Assembly: GCA_964512625.1 (NCBI GenBank)
Contig: CAZEKG010000004.1
Span: 9,223-73,222 of the forward strand
Length of the DNA: 64,000 nucleotides
Direction of reading: 5' to 3'
DNA from: an uncultured Gammaproteobacteria bacterium
GTDB lineage: Bacteria; Patescibacteriota; Patescibacteriia; 2-01-FULL-39-33
Of the stretch, positions 8,509-19,166 are shown piece after piece (position 1 is the stretch's first letter; each line of letters starts with the position of its first letter). The translations under genes and the position numbers were made by a program. The notes under the pieces were generated by a model. It ran no database searches. It was not told where the DNA came from and was given only the letters and a program-made list of their open reading frames with translations.

Positions 8509-9168
8509 ATGGCTGGAATAGTGTTTTTTGATCTGGACGGGACAATGGTCTGTGGACAAACACAGCAAATGTTAATAAAATACTTATTTCATAAAAATAG
8601 GCTCAACTTTTTTTACCTATTAATCTCACTCTTATGGTTTGCACTATATAAAATAAGAGTCGTTAGGAATGTTGAAAAAATTATGTCCCAATCCTATAAA
8701 ATAATAAAAGGATGGGATTATGAAGACACTCAAATTCTAATAAAAGATTTTTTCGATACAGAAATAAAAAAAAAGATATATCCTCAAGCAATAGCTATTA
8801 TAAAAAAATATCAATTAGATGGCAAAGACATTGTAATAATATCAAATACACCACAAATAATAGTAAATGAGATTATAAAATATTTCAACTTAAGTCATGG
8901 CTATGGAACTAGATTAGAAATTATCAATAATAAATTTACTGGAAAAATATCTGGCCATGCTGTTTATGGAATAGAAAAGGTTAACCTTATAAAGAGAGAA
9001 ATGCCACACATAGATTTTAATAAAAAAAATACCATTTCCTATTCAGATCATTACTCAGATATTCCTTTATTAAAACTTACTTCGAAAAGTTTTGTAGTAA
9101 ACCCAGATAAAAAACTAAAGATTGCTGCCATTAAAAATAAATGGCAATTAGTCAACTTCTTTATATGA
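8509..9168 (+). CDS. HAD-IB family hydrolase
   Basis: FFDLDGT motif I, the size of a HAD-IB (phosphoserine-phosphatase-like) member. It has an ATGA overlap with the next gene. Confidence 0.6.
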   Translation: MAGIVFFDLDGTMVCGQTQQMLIKYLFHKNRLNFFYLLISLLWFALYKIRVVRNVEKIMSQSYKIIKGWDYEDTQILIKDFFDTEIKKKIYPQAIAIIKKYQLDGKDIVIISNTPQIIVNEIIKYFNLSHGYGTRLEIINNKFTGKISGHAVYGIEKVNLIKREMPHIDFNKKNTISYSDHYSDIPLLKLTSKSFVVNPDKKLKIAAIKNKWQLVNFFI

Positions 9169-11366
9169 GCATCTTCGCCATATCATGCCTAGCTGTAGCA
9201 ATACTTTCTATAGTATTGGGTGGTTTAGTTTATATTAGAAATAAGTCAGGAAAAATAAATCGTTCCTGGTTTTTTGTTACATTTTCTATTTTTTGCTGGT
9301 CACTTAGTTTTTGGGGGGTAGTTACAGCCAAAGATCAAAACATAGCTTTATTTTGGCAAAGAATTCTAGATATTTCTGGAATATTCATACCTATAACATT
9401 TCTTGATTTTGTCTTAGTTCTTTTGGATGAAAATAAATCACAAAGATATAAAGTTAAAATATACTTAATATATTTGATTGGTATAATCTTTTCGGTAATT
9501 AGTCTATTTCCTATTTTTAAAATAGGAATGAAACAAGTCTTTAATTTTCCTTACTGGATAAATCCTGGCCCATTATATTTTATATTTCCAGGAATGTTTT
9601 TTACTTTAGTGATTTATTTTTCATACCTTCTTTTTAAAAACTACTTTAAACTAACTGGGTTAAAAAAAATACAGATAGGTTATGTGCTTCTAGCTAGTAT
9701 AGTAGGTTTCGGCGGAGGAATAACAGATTTTTTCCCTCAGTTAATACAGATATATCCAGTGGGACACTATTTTGTAGCCTTTTATGTTGTTTTTATAAGC
9801 TACGCGATTAGTCGCTATCGTCTAATGGAAATAAAAACGATCATTAAAAGATCATCCGTTTTCGCATTACTTGTAATGCTAATAGGTGCTACATTCGTAT
9901 TATTATCATCTTTAATAAGCAACATGATTGCTATCTTATTTAATGAGACATCAAATACATTGACAGCCTTATTTGTAGCTATAATCATAACTCTGATATT
10001 TCAGCCTCTTAAAAACTTCTTAGAGAAGATAACCGATAAATTCTTATTTACTAAGGGATATAATCCATCATTAATTATATCTAGAATAACAGACCTAAAC
10101 TCTTCAATCACTAATTTAGATTTGCTACTATCATCAACTTCTGAGGTTTTAAATGACACCTTTTATTATTCAAAAATAGCTATTATCCTATTAGATGAAA
10201 AAAAGAAGTTAAAAATTGAATACCAAAAAGGCTTAGATATTAAAAATGTTTCTCAGTTTATTAGGGGCAAAGAAAGAGATCTAAAAAGAAATTTTTCTGA
10301 GACTAGAAATATTAAAGTTATCGACGAATTAAGATCTAGTTACGAGGCTGGGGAATATAAGCCGCAAAATATTAAACTTATATACCAACTATACGATTTA
10401 GATATTGCTTTAGTTATTCCCCTTTTTGTTAAGGATAAATTAACTGGTATTATCGCACTTGGAAACAAAAAATCGGGTGACCCATACAATAATCAAGACC
10501 TCCAACTCCTAAGTATTATTGCCGGACAATCAGCTGTATCAATAGAAAATGCCAAATTGTATGATGAATTGCAAGACTTCAACGTAAAACTCCAAAAAGA
10601 AGTTAAAAAAGCCACAGCCAAATTAGAAGTTGCCAACAAAGAACTGCAACGACTCGATCAATCAAAATCAGAATTCCTTTCCATCGCCTCCCATCAACTC
10701 CGAACGCCCTTAACCGTAATTAAAGGCTACTCTTCAATGATTCTCGAGGGCAGCTTCGGCCGAGTCCCGAAACTGATTAAGGAAAATATGGATAAGGTCT
10801 TTAGTTCAACCGAACGCCTTATTGCCCTCGTCGAAAACCTTTTAAATGTTTCCAGGATCGAAGCCGGCCGCATTCAGTTTGATCTTGAGCCAGTCGACCT
10901 TGAAAGCGTAGTTAAAGTCTTTATCGATGATTTCACCCCTAAAGCTGAAGCTAAAAAAATCAAACTCTCCTTCTACCCTGAAAAGAAATTGCCTAAAGTT
11001 CTTGCCGATCCTCAAAAGATTAAAGATGTCATTTCTAATCTACTTGATAATTCCATTAAATACACTCCGACAGGAGAAATTACCGTCTCCCTACATCTAG
11101 AAAGCCAATCGGTCGTCTTTGCCTGCCAGGATACAGGCATGGGCATCGATCCAAACGACTTGCCTCGATTATTCAATAAATTCGTAAGGGGTACTGATAT
11201 GAATAAAGTCCAAACCGACGGAACGGGATTAGGTCTTTATTACGCTAGGATGATTGTAGAGAATATGGGCGGCCGAATATGGGCGGAAAGCAACGGCAAA
11301 GGCAAAGGCAGCAAGTTCTGCTTCTCCCTTAACCTAGCCAATAAAGGCGAGGCGAAAAAAATGTAG
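9141..11366 (+). CDS. membrane-bound sensor histidine kinase (multi-TM sensor, GAF-like, HisKA, HATPase_c)
   Basis: H-box ASHQLRTPLTVIKGY. N/G boxes DNSIKYT ... DTGMGI ... GTGLGLYYARMIVENMGGRIWAES. The N-terminus is hydrophobic with ~7 TM segments. Confidence 0.8.
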   Translation: MAISQLLYMSIFAISCLAVAILSIVLGGLVYIRNKSGKINRSWFFVTFSIFCWSLSFWGVVTAKDQNIALFWQRILDISGIFIPITFLDFVLVLLDENKSQRYKVKIYLIYLIGIIFSVISLFPIFKIGMKQVFNFPYWINPGPLYFIFPGMFFTLVIYFSYLLFKNYFKLTGLKKIQIGYVLLASIVGFGGGITDFFPQLIQIYPVGHYFVAFYVVFISYAISRYRLMEIKTIIKRSSVFALLVMLIGATFVLLSSLISNMIAILFNETSNTLTALFVAIIITLIFQPLKNFLEKITDKFLFTKGYNPSLIISRITDLNSSITNLDLLLSSTSEVLNDTFYYSKIAIILLDEKKKLKIEYQKGLDIKNVSQFIRGKERDLKRNFSETRNIKVIDELRSSYEAGEYKPQNIKLIYQLYDLDIALVIPLFVKDKLTGIIALGNKKSGDPYNNQDLQLLSIIAGQSAVSIENAKLYDELQDFNVKLQKEVKKATAKLEVANKELQRLDQSKSEFLSIASHQLRTPLTVIKGYSSMILEGSFGRVPKLIKENMDKVFSSTERLIALVENLLNVSRIEAGRIQFDLEPVDLESVVKVFIDDFTPKAEAKKIKLSFYPEKKLPKVLADPQKIKDVISNLLDNSIKYTPTGEITVSLHLESQSVVFACQDTGMGIDPNDLPRLFNKFVRGTDMNKVQTDGTGLGLYYARMIVENMGGRIWAESNGKGKGSKFCFSLNLANKGEAKKM

Positions 11367-11402
11367 CAAGTTTGTGAAAAATGATGAATACTAAATAACT
11401 AT

Positions 11403-12146
11403 ATGCAGATTGGCATCACCACTTCCGTAACAACTAAAAGCAAATACTGGCAAAGGATTAATGATTTTATCGAATTAGGATTCTGCCATATTGAAATATA
11501 TAATAAAGCCACTCGCATAAGACTGTCTGATATAGATCCTTTAAGAAAGCTTAAAAAGGAAAACAAGCTAAGTTTCTCCTTTCATTCCATGTCTCAAGAC
11601 CTTTTCTGCAAGGACAAAATAATCGCCAATGCCGAGCTAGCTTTTATAAAGGGAGAAATAAGATTAGCTTCTCTAATCGGCTGTAATAATTTTATCTTTC
11701 ACCTTAATGTTTCAAAGTCATTAAATCTTCAGGAATTAAAACAGCTTACGACGCTATCTAATCTAGCTAAAAAGTCGGGTATAAAACTATGCCTGGAAAA
11801 TAATTTCAGCACTTCTTTTAGTAACCATAATTTAGTTAAGTTGGTTGGGAATATAAAAGATCTTTACTGCTGCCTTGATATCGGCCATTTAAATGTGGCC
11901 CTTGGACGAGGATTTATTAAAGATAAAGAGAAATTCATAAACAGCATTAGGGATAAAATTGTCCAACTTCACATAAGTTTTAATGATGGGCAAAAAGACC
12001 AACATCGCGAGCCCAGGATGGGAGATAAGAAATATCTTAATGAAATCATCGAAATTATTGGCAATCCTGATTTATTAGCAATTATAGAAACAAGGGATAT
12101 TGGACAAGCTATAAAGACTAGAAAATTAATGGAAAAATATATCTAA
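11403..12146 (+). CDS. sugar phosphate isomerase/epimerase (xylose-isomerase-like TIM barrel)
   Basis: LCLEN and DIGH motifs typical of the AP-endonuclease-2 / TIM-barrel family. Confidence 0.5.
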   Translation: MQIGITTSVTTKSKYWQRINDFIELGFCHIEIYNKATRIRLSDIDPLRKLKKENKLSFSFHSMSQDLFCKDKIIANAELAFIKGEIRLASLIGCNNFIFHLNVSKSLNLQELKQLTTLSNLAKKSGIKLCLENNFSTSFSNHNLVKLVGNIKDLYCCLDIGHLNVALGRGFIKDKEKFINSIRDKIVQLHISFNDGQKDQHREPRMGDKKYLNEIIEIIGNPDLLAIIETRDIGQAIKTRKLMEKYI

Positions 12147-12155
12147 AAAAAATAA

Positions 12156-12190
12156 AGGCCCGCAGTCAATAACGACTGCGGGCCTTTATG
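12156..12190 (+). terminator. intrinsic terminator hairpin
   Basis: aaaGGCCCGCAGTCaataacGACTGCGGGCCttt followed by T-rich sequence. Confidence 0.6.
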
Positions 12191-12235
12191 TATTTAGTAA
12201 TTTTATAATCATTGAACTTGGGGTTTTGTGATTAT

Positions 12236-12270
12236 TGACATCATTATTTAAAATGTGTTATTATCAAATG
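12236..12270 (+). promoter_or_regulatory. sigma70-like promoter (TTGACA-17 nt-TGtTATTAT)
   Basis: Consensus -35 and an extended -10 lie ~65 nt upstream of the 12334 operon. Confidence 0.45.
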
Positions 12271-12333
12271 TTGCAATGCTACTAAGAAAATATTAATTGC
12301 AATAGAGTTCTTTGACATATAGGAGAAAGAGAG

Positions 12334-12981
12334 ATGGAAATCGATGGCTACATCAAGGGTTTTATGGGTCCAGTTCAACTGGAATGCCCGTTTGGTATCG
12401 CCTTATGGGCAAACAAAGCTCCTGGAAAGGGGTTTATTATGCATTCGGCATTGTCAGAAATATGCACTCATAAAAAACCATCCATTGTTGTTGATGACTA
12501 TCTTCCGATGGCAATATTTCACCGTTCTGTTGAAAAGCAGACAGAGATAAATGGTTTGTATTTTGAGGCATTATCCGAAAAGTGCTCGGAAATCAGCTTG
12601 ATGAGTGGTATTGTAAATCAGGCTGAGTATTTTAACAGAGTCATTGCAATGTTGGACAAGATAACGTTTTTGGGATTCGTAAGATGTTTGCCACAAAAAA
12701 AACTCGTCAGTGGCCTGGGGAGTATTGTTATGAGCGAAGTTTTGCATGCAGCTGCGGAATTATTTGTTTTCGAGCACATGAAATCAATGGGCTTGAAGAC
12801 AATAATCATCCCCCAATTCGCTCAGGCCATAATGTCCTTGCACCGCAATATCTCGGCTAATCCGCTAAGCGCTATTGTAACGTCCAATTTTGCAACCGAA
12901 ACAGACTTTGAGCGGCAAAGCCAGGAGTTATGGAGCTTGGCTGATCAGTTACTCGTCGCAATAAAAAGTCAAACCCAATAG
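12334..12981 (+). CDS. hypothetical protein (first gene of the tyrS operon)
   Basis: The RBS is tAGGAGaaagagagATG. No recognisable domain. G+C-richer than its surroundings. Confidence 0.5.
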   Translation: MEIDGYIKGFMGPVQLECPFGIALWANKAPGKGFIMHSALSEICTHKKPSIVVDDYLPMAIFHRSVEKQTEINGLYFEALSEKCSEISLMSGIVNQAEYFNRVIAMLDKITFLGFVRCLPQKKLVSGLGSIVMSEVLHAAAELFVFEHMKSMGLKTIIIPQFAQAIMSLHRNISANPLSAIVTSNFATETDFERQSQELWSLADQLLVAIKSQTQ

Positions 12982-13010
12982 AAGAGGAGAACGGAAAGGA
13001 GTAAGTAGTA

Positions 13011-13967
13011 ATGTATTTATTGTTGTCGTTTCTATCCACTAACTACAGTCAGTTAAACGATCACTGGCAAAAACATTCGGTTCTGAAGAAAGAAGGTAAG
13101 CGCGGTAGCGATAAGCCTTTTATCAAAGAGCTGGGTGGTTGTCTAGAAGTCATTGATTGGTCAACTAAACAAACTGTTTGGTCAATGCCTTTCAATAGTC
13201 CGGCCGGCACCTACCGGTTTTCGTCTGACTTACTAATGGTCAACTCTCTGCGGCAGGGAGCTATCAGTTTTGTTTCTCTGTCCAATAAGGCCGTAGTCGC
13301 AACTATCGGCAACGTTGCCTTCAATAAACCTCATTCGCTCATCAAAACAACCAGTGGTTTTATGGTTGCAAGCACGGGAGTTGACGCAATAGTGGAGGTG
13401 GATGGCAATGGCTCAATGCTCTATTCGTTCTTCTTCACAGAACACGGATACGAACTTGACCAACTCGGCACCAAACGATCGATTGATTTCAGTGCCAATC
13501 ATCAAGGCGTTGAATATCCTTCCTTGCACCAAACGACCCATGTAAACTATGCAAGGTATGTCGACGCTACCGAGACAAGAATCGTTGCCACATTGTTTCA
13601 TCCCGGTGAGCTGGTAATCATTGACAAAGAGTCCGGCGAAATAAAAATCATCTTGGATGGATTGAAAAATCCGCACAATCTGAAACCGGCTCTAGACAGA
13701 CAAGTCCTCTGTAATACATCGGCCAACGCCGTAATAGTAATGAACGGCGACTTCGAGATCATTGATCAGTTCGGCGACGGCCTGGGTATGTCTTGGGTAC
13801 AAGATGCCATATACTGTGAAGCAAGTGGTACCTTTATTGTGGCTGATGCGGATAATCATCGTTTGCTTGAACTCGACTGGAACGGAAGACCTGTCGACGA
13901 TTACTCGTTTTCACAGGACAACCGTATTTACGAAGTTTGTGAATTCAATGGAAATGTCAAGCCATAA
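13011..13967 (+). CDS. beta-propeller (NHL/SMP-30-like repeat) protein
   Basis: AAAGGAG RBS. Repeated FIVADADNHRLLELD-type NHL-like motifs. Confidence 0.45.
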   Translation: MYLLLSFLSTNYSQLNDHWQKHSVLKKEGKRGSDKPFIKELGGCLEVIDWSTKQTVWSMPFNSPAGTYRFSSDLLMVNSLRQGAISFVSLSNKAVVATIGNVAFNKPHSLIKTTSGFMVASTGVDAIVEVDGNGSMLYSFFFTEHGYELDQLGTKRSIDFSANHQGVEYPSLHQTTHVNYARYVDATETRIVATLFHPGELVIIDKESGEIKIILDGLKNPHNLKPALDRQVLCNTSANAVIVMNGDFEIIDQFGDGLGMSWVQDAIYCEASGTFIVADADNHRLLELDWNGRPVDDYSFSQDNRIYEVCEFNGNVKP

Positions 13968-13981
13968 GGAGGGGGCTGGCT

Positions 13982-14770
13982 ATGAAAACCAGAATTTTGA
14001 CGTTTACTGATTGCTCTGATGTCGCCAGTAATGAACTGCGAGCGACACTGACCCGCATGATTGATGATCTCGACATGGATAGCAACATCATTGTTGAGCC
14101 TTTTGTCAACTGCAAGGAGTTCTCCGTCGTCAACTGCGCCTTCATGGTGCGTTTATTGGCGGAAAGCTATGACCCAAAAAAAACAATCTTCCTGATTATA
14201 GCCAATGCCTTGCCCACCGCACGATCCAATCGTGCGAGATTGGTTGGACGAACGAAAAACGGAATCCGTTTTGTGGCGGAGAACACAGGGACACTTTCTT
14301 GGCTATTGGATGACTTCGGCCTCAAAGAGTTATATGAATATTCATCCAAAGGCCTTGACGGTCAGACTTTTGTATCCTTCGGAGGAAAGTACTTTCACGC
14401 TCCTGAAGCGGTCAAAATTGCCAGCATGGCCGAGTTTAACGGTTATGATGTCAAGTTTGACCCTGCCAGATTGACGAGAGTAGCTATTCCCGAGGGGAGC
14501 GTCGTTCACATCGATAATTTCGGCGTGGCCAAAATCAAAATGGTCCTACCGGCTGATTTGAAAGACGGTGAACAGCTGCGGTTGGCAATAAACGGACAAG
14601 AATGGAACACGGTACTATACTCCCATGCCATGAAAAATCTACCTGATGGCACGTGGACTATTTACAAAGGCAGCTCAATGGGATTGGCAGAGATTGGTTG
14701 TGTACGCAGAGTCGTTACCGACTCCGGCTACTTTGGAATTGGTGATGTTATAAGTATGAAAAGGAGCTGA
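13982..14770 (+). CDS. SAM hydroxide adenosyltransferase family protein (DUF62; SalL/FlA chlorinase/fluorinase family)
   Basis: N-terminal ILTFTDCSD (LTDFG-like). Central GSVVHIDNFGVAKI (G.VV.ID.FGN). C-terminal GSSMGLAEIG...GDVISM. The RBS is GGAGGGGG. Confidence 0.6.
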   Translation: MKTRILTFTDCSDVASNELRATLTRMIDDLDMDSNIIVEPFVNCKEFSVVNCAFMVRLLAESYDPKKTIFLIIANALPTARSNRARLVGRTKNGIRFVAENTGTLSWLLDDFGLKELYEYSSKGLDGQTFVSFGGKYFHAPEAVKIASMAEFNGYDVKFDPARLTRVAIPEGSVVHIDNFGVAKIKMVLPADLKDGEQLRLAINGQEWNTVLYSHAMKNLPDGTWTIYKGSSMGLAEIGCVRRVVTDSGYFGIGDVISMKRS

Positions 14771-14772
14771 CA

Positions 14773-15963
14773 ATGAACAGTAACGGCAAGAAAGCACCTG
14801 TCCAGGCCATCCTTGGTCGCGGACATATCCAGGAAGTTATATCCGATCAAGACATATCCGAATTGCTGAGCGGACCACCCCTCAGAGTAAAGTGGGGAAC
14901 TGATCCGACCAGCAAAAACATCCACCTTGGGAGATCGATACCCATCATGCTTCTGCGCGATTTGCAGCAGCTCGGGCATCAGATTGTTGTGATTATTGGC
15001 AATTTCACAGCCGAGATCGGCGACACAAGCGACAAAGATTGTGAACGGCCAGCCATTTCAACCGAGGCGGTGATACAGAACATGCAGACCTACATCCAGC
15101 AAATCGGCCAGATCCTTGATTTGGATAAGACCGAATTCCATTTCAACAAAGACTGGTGGGGCCAGATGGACTTCAGCCGCTTTGTTCGCATTACGGACTT
15201 GTTTTCCTTGGCAGAATTTTCGGCGAGAAACAATATCGCCAAACGTCTGCGGGAAGGAAAACGGGTATCCATCCGGGAGATGATCTATCCCATCATGCAG
15301 GGCTACGACTCCCTTCACTTAGATGCAGACATTGAGATAGGCGGCACCGACCAAAAGTTCAACATGCTGGCCGGACGAACAATCCAACGCGCTCACGGAA
15401 AGAAAGCCCAATCCCTGATCATGACGACACTGATTGAAGGACTAGACGGGCGCAAGATGAGTTCCTCCTGGGGCAACACGATTAACCTGACGGACAGTCC
15501 CGATGACATGCTCGGCAAACTTATGAGCATGAAGGACGAGATGATCATTCCTTACTATATCCATTTGACCCGCGTACCGCGCGAAGTCATTGATGAGTTC
15601 ACGAGGAAGATGTCCGCCAACGAAGTCAACCCTCGCGATGTCAAGCTGGAACTGGCCGTTGCAATCGTCTCCGATCTCTACAGTTCTGATCTGGCGGAGA
15701 AAGCTGCTGCCGAATTCAAGAAAGTTTTCCAGCAACGAGAGTTGCCGGAAGACATGCCCTCTTTCCAAGTCAAGAACACCAACATTGTTGATGTCTTGCT
15801 GGAAATCGGGTTCGCCGGTTCGCGCAGCGCAGCAAGACGGTTGATAGAGCAAGGTGGCGTGCGCATAGACGACGCCAAAGTCTCCGAATTATCGTCTGAA
15901 ATTCCCAACCAATGCGTAATTCGAAAGGGAAAGCTGCACTTTGCGAAAGTCGAAAAGGTGTAG
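14773..15963 (+). CDS. tyrS: tyrosine--tRNA ligase
   Basis: DPTSKNIHLG (HIGH-type), LQQLGHQIVVIIGNFTAEIGDTS, GGTDQ, KMSSS (KMSKS-type) and a C-terminal S4 domain (RRLIEQGGVRIDDAKV). Confidence 0.8.
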   Translation: MNSNGKKAPVQAILGRGHIQEVISDQDISELLSGPPLRVKWGTDPTSKNIHLGRSIPIMLLRDLQQLGHQIVVIIGNFTAEIGDTSDKDCERPAISTEAVIQNMQTYIQQIGQILDLDKTEFHFNKDWWGQMDFSRFVRITDLFSLAEFSARNNIAKRLREGKRVSIREMIYPIMQGYDSLHLDADIEIGGTDQKFNMLAGRTIQRAHGKKAQSLIMTTLIEGLDGRKMSSSWGNTINLTDSPDDMLGKLMSMKDEMIIPYYIHLTRVPREVIDEFTRKMSANEVNPRDVKLELAVAIVSDLYSSDLAEKAAAEFKKVFQQRELPEDMPSFQVKNTNIVDVLLEIGFAGSRSAARRLIEQGGVRIDDAKVSELSSEIPNQCVIRKGKLHFAKVEKV

Positions 15964-15994
15964 CTGACGACCAGTTCGTCACCGAAGAGCATAC

Positions 15995-16032
15995 CTAAAG
16001 GCACAGTCATCTACAGACTGCGCCTTTTTTAT
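15995..16032 (+). terminator. intrinsic terminator
   Basis: GCaCAGTCatctacaGACTGcGC followed by cttttttatttg. Confidence 0.45.
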
Positions 16033-16038
16033 TTGCTT

Positions 16039-16788
16039 CTATTTTACTAGAAAAGGTTTAATAAGTTTTTTTGCTTGAGAAAAATCTATTGCTGAAGAAT
16101 GTCCGCCATTAATGATTTTTAATTGACTGTGCGGATAATCATGAGATAATGATTCAGCCATTTCTTTTGGAGTAATTTCATCATCTCTCCCCACTAATAT
16201 CAACACTTCTGACTCGTTTGATCTTATGGCTTTGACTGATAAGGAATTCCTTTTCCTGCCATTTATCTCATTAAAGAATGATTCTTTATTCTTAAATCTG
16301 TATGAAAGCGGGTAATTACGCTCAATCATATTATATGTTGTCTTAGCGTTATTTAAATTGGCTTCTTCTTGATGCAAATAAGGCTTACTAAGAGGCGACA
16401 AGAAAATGATTTTTTTAATCTTATTAAAATCATATTCTCTTAAGGCCAGGTCTATAATATACGAACCGAAGCTATGCGAGAATAATACTATCTGACTGGG
16501 CTTAATCATTTGCTTAGGCTTTCTTGGGCCAAAGAAATACTCTCCTCGATTAATAAAATCATACCAATCTTTTACATCTTTTATGCAATTGATAATTGAA
16601 AAATCACCATAACTATCGAAAGTACCTGAATATAAAGGACAAAGTACATTATAATCTTGGCTCATCAAAAAATCTATAAAACTGTTAGTTGCTGGGTATT
16701 TAGGAAAACCTGTTAGAAAAAGAACGAAATTATCCGATCTAGACGGAAATAATAATGCCCTCTTTCTTCCATTGATTTGAGTAATCAT
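16039..16788 (-). CDS. alpha/beta hydrolase (serine esterase-like)
   Basis: GxSxG nucleophile elbow (HSFGS) and a C-terminal His. Confidence 0.55.
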   Translation of the reverse strand: MITQINGRKRALLFPSRSDNFVLFLTGFPKYPATNSFIDFLMSQDYNVLCPLYSGTFDSYGDFSIINCIKDVKDWYDFINRGEYFFGPRKPKQMIKPSQIVLFSHSFGSYIIDLALREYDFNKIKKIIFLSPLSKPYLHQEEANLNNAKTTYNMIERNYPLSYRFKNKESFFNEINGRKRNSLSVKAIRSNESEVLILVGRDDEITPKEMAESLSHDYPHSQLKIINGGHSSAIDFSQAKKLIKPFLVK

Positions 16789-17051
16789 ATTTAATAAAAT
16801 AATTATATACTTGATAATAAATTTAGCTATAAGACTTCAGATCGATTAAATAACTCTAGAATTCGCCTCTCTTATAATTAAACAAATATAACATTTTTAA
16901 ATAAATAAAACAATCCTTCGAACCTAAATTCTAGACCGAAGCACAACATAATCACAATAACCTTTTATACTCACAAATTTTTAAAATCTACTATTAAAAT
17001 TTACTATAGTAACATATATCGAAATAAAAAGCCGGGATTTCCGGCTATAAA

Positions 17052-17207
17052 CTACTGACCGTAGAATACCTGATATATGGACCAGGATCCGAATTGTTCT
17101 TTAGTCATAATAGATTGGCCGCTGACCATCAACGAAACTACCACAAAAACAAGAATAGTAGCGATAATCAGAGACACTCCAACTTTCAAGGAACGCTTAA
17201 GAGGCAT
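17052..17207 (-). CDS. 51-aa small membrane protein
   Basis: AAGGAG RBS 7 nt before the ATG (MPLKR). One TM segment. A hairpin terminator at 17028..17046 (AGCCGGgatttCCGGCT) lies downstream. Confidence 0.35.
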   Translation of the reverse strand: MPLKRSLKVGVSLIIATILVFVVVSLMVSGQSIMTKEQFGSWSIYQVFYGQ

Positions 17208-17389
17208 TTTTCTACTCCTTTCTTTTAAGCTACGTGCAATCATAAAATCCCAATGTATTTATATAATAAAACTAGTTACCATAACTGTCAACTAAATGAA
17301 AGAGCGAAAAACTATATAAACACAACATTATATACAAAAACTCTCTAATCTGCTTTAATTAACTTAGCAACCTAATAACCATTAAATAA

Positions 17390-18025
17390 ATGTCTCGTCA
17401 GCCCTCCCTAACTCCAGCCAAAATCTCCGTCGCCATCGCCCTAATCACTGAAAAAGAAATAAGCAGACAAATCTCTAAAGCCAGTCAGGCTATAGCCAAT
17501 CTTTTTGAGAATAATAATATCATAGACAATAGGGCTTTCCCCGCCCACATCTCGCTTTATCTGGGCGGTTTTGCTAAAGAAGATATCCCGGCCGTCAAAA
17601 AAACTCTCGAGCCTTTTAAAGAAACCATTCCTAAAATAACTCTGACCGTAAAAAAGATCCGCTTAAAGTCTCCTGGCTTCATTTATCTTGATCTTGAACT
17701 GCCAAAAGTACTTTTAGTCTCATATCAGAAGATGATTGAAAGTCTAGCCGTCATCCATCAACAAGACCCCGTCTATCGCCCAAGAATTATCAATAGATGG
17801 GCCAAACTGACTGGAAGCCAAAAAGCTTCTCTAAAGCATTATGGTGATTATAAAATTAAAGATCGACTTAATCCGCATATCTCTATCGCCTTGGTAGTCG
17901 AAAAACATGGGAAAGCTGCGCTTAAGCTAGCCAAAGAAATCATTACTCTGCCTCAAGAAATAAAAATCCGCCGAATACAAGCCGTCGATATCGGGCATAA
18001 AAATGAAAAATGGCAAATTCTGTAA
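17390..18025 (+). CDS. 2H phosphoesterase (LigT/ThpR-like RNA 2',3'-cyclic phosphodiesterase)
   Basis: Two H-x-S-x motifs (AHISLY and PHISIAL) ~115 residues apart. Confidence 0.55.
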   Translation: MSRQPSLTPAKISVAIALITEKEISRQISKASQAIANLFENNNIIDNRAFPAHISLYLGGFAKEDIPAVKKTLEPFKETIPKITLTVKKIRLKSPGFIYLDLELPKVLLVSYQKMIESLAVIHQQDPVYRPRIINRWAKLTGSQKASLKHYGDYKIKDRLNPHISIALVVEKHGKAALKLAKEIITLPQEIKIRRIQAVDIGHKNEKWQIL

Positions 18026-18080
18026 ATCATAACCTGATTGCCTTTTTCCTCTATATTTAGTAAGATTGATAGTAAGATAA

Positions 18081-19112
<1,032 letters not shown>

Positions 19113-19127
19113 AATGTTTCTCTAAAT

Positions 19128-19160
19128 AAAAAATCCCCGCTATTACAGCGGGGATTTTTT
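19128..19160. terminator. bidirectional intrinsic terminator
   Basis: aaaaATCCCCGCtattacaGCGGGGATttttt between convergent genes. Confidence 0.6.
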
Positions 19161-19166
19161 ATTGCC

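Noticed and set aside
14773-15963. Possibility that the TyrRS in the G+C-rich operon is a degenerate paralog or resistance copy
   Set aside because: HIGH-type (HLGR), GGTDQ, KMSSS and a C-terminal S4 domain are all intact, and no second tyrS is in the window. It is most simply the housekeeping enzyme.
12344-15982. Numerous short overlapping ORFs (e.g. 12344..12550, 12618..12809, 13413..13676, 13762..14145, 14167..14474, 14728..14979, 15058..16010)
   Set aside because: They sit inside the G+C-richer operon, where alternative frames stay open by composition. None has an RBS or recognisable motifs.
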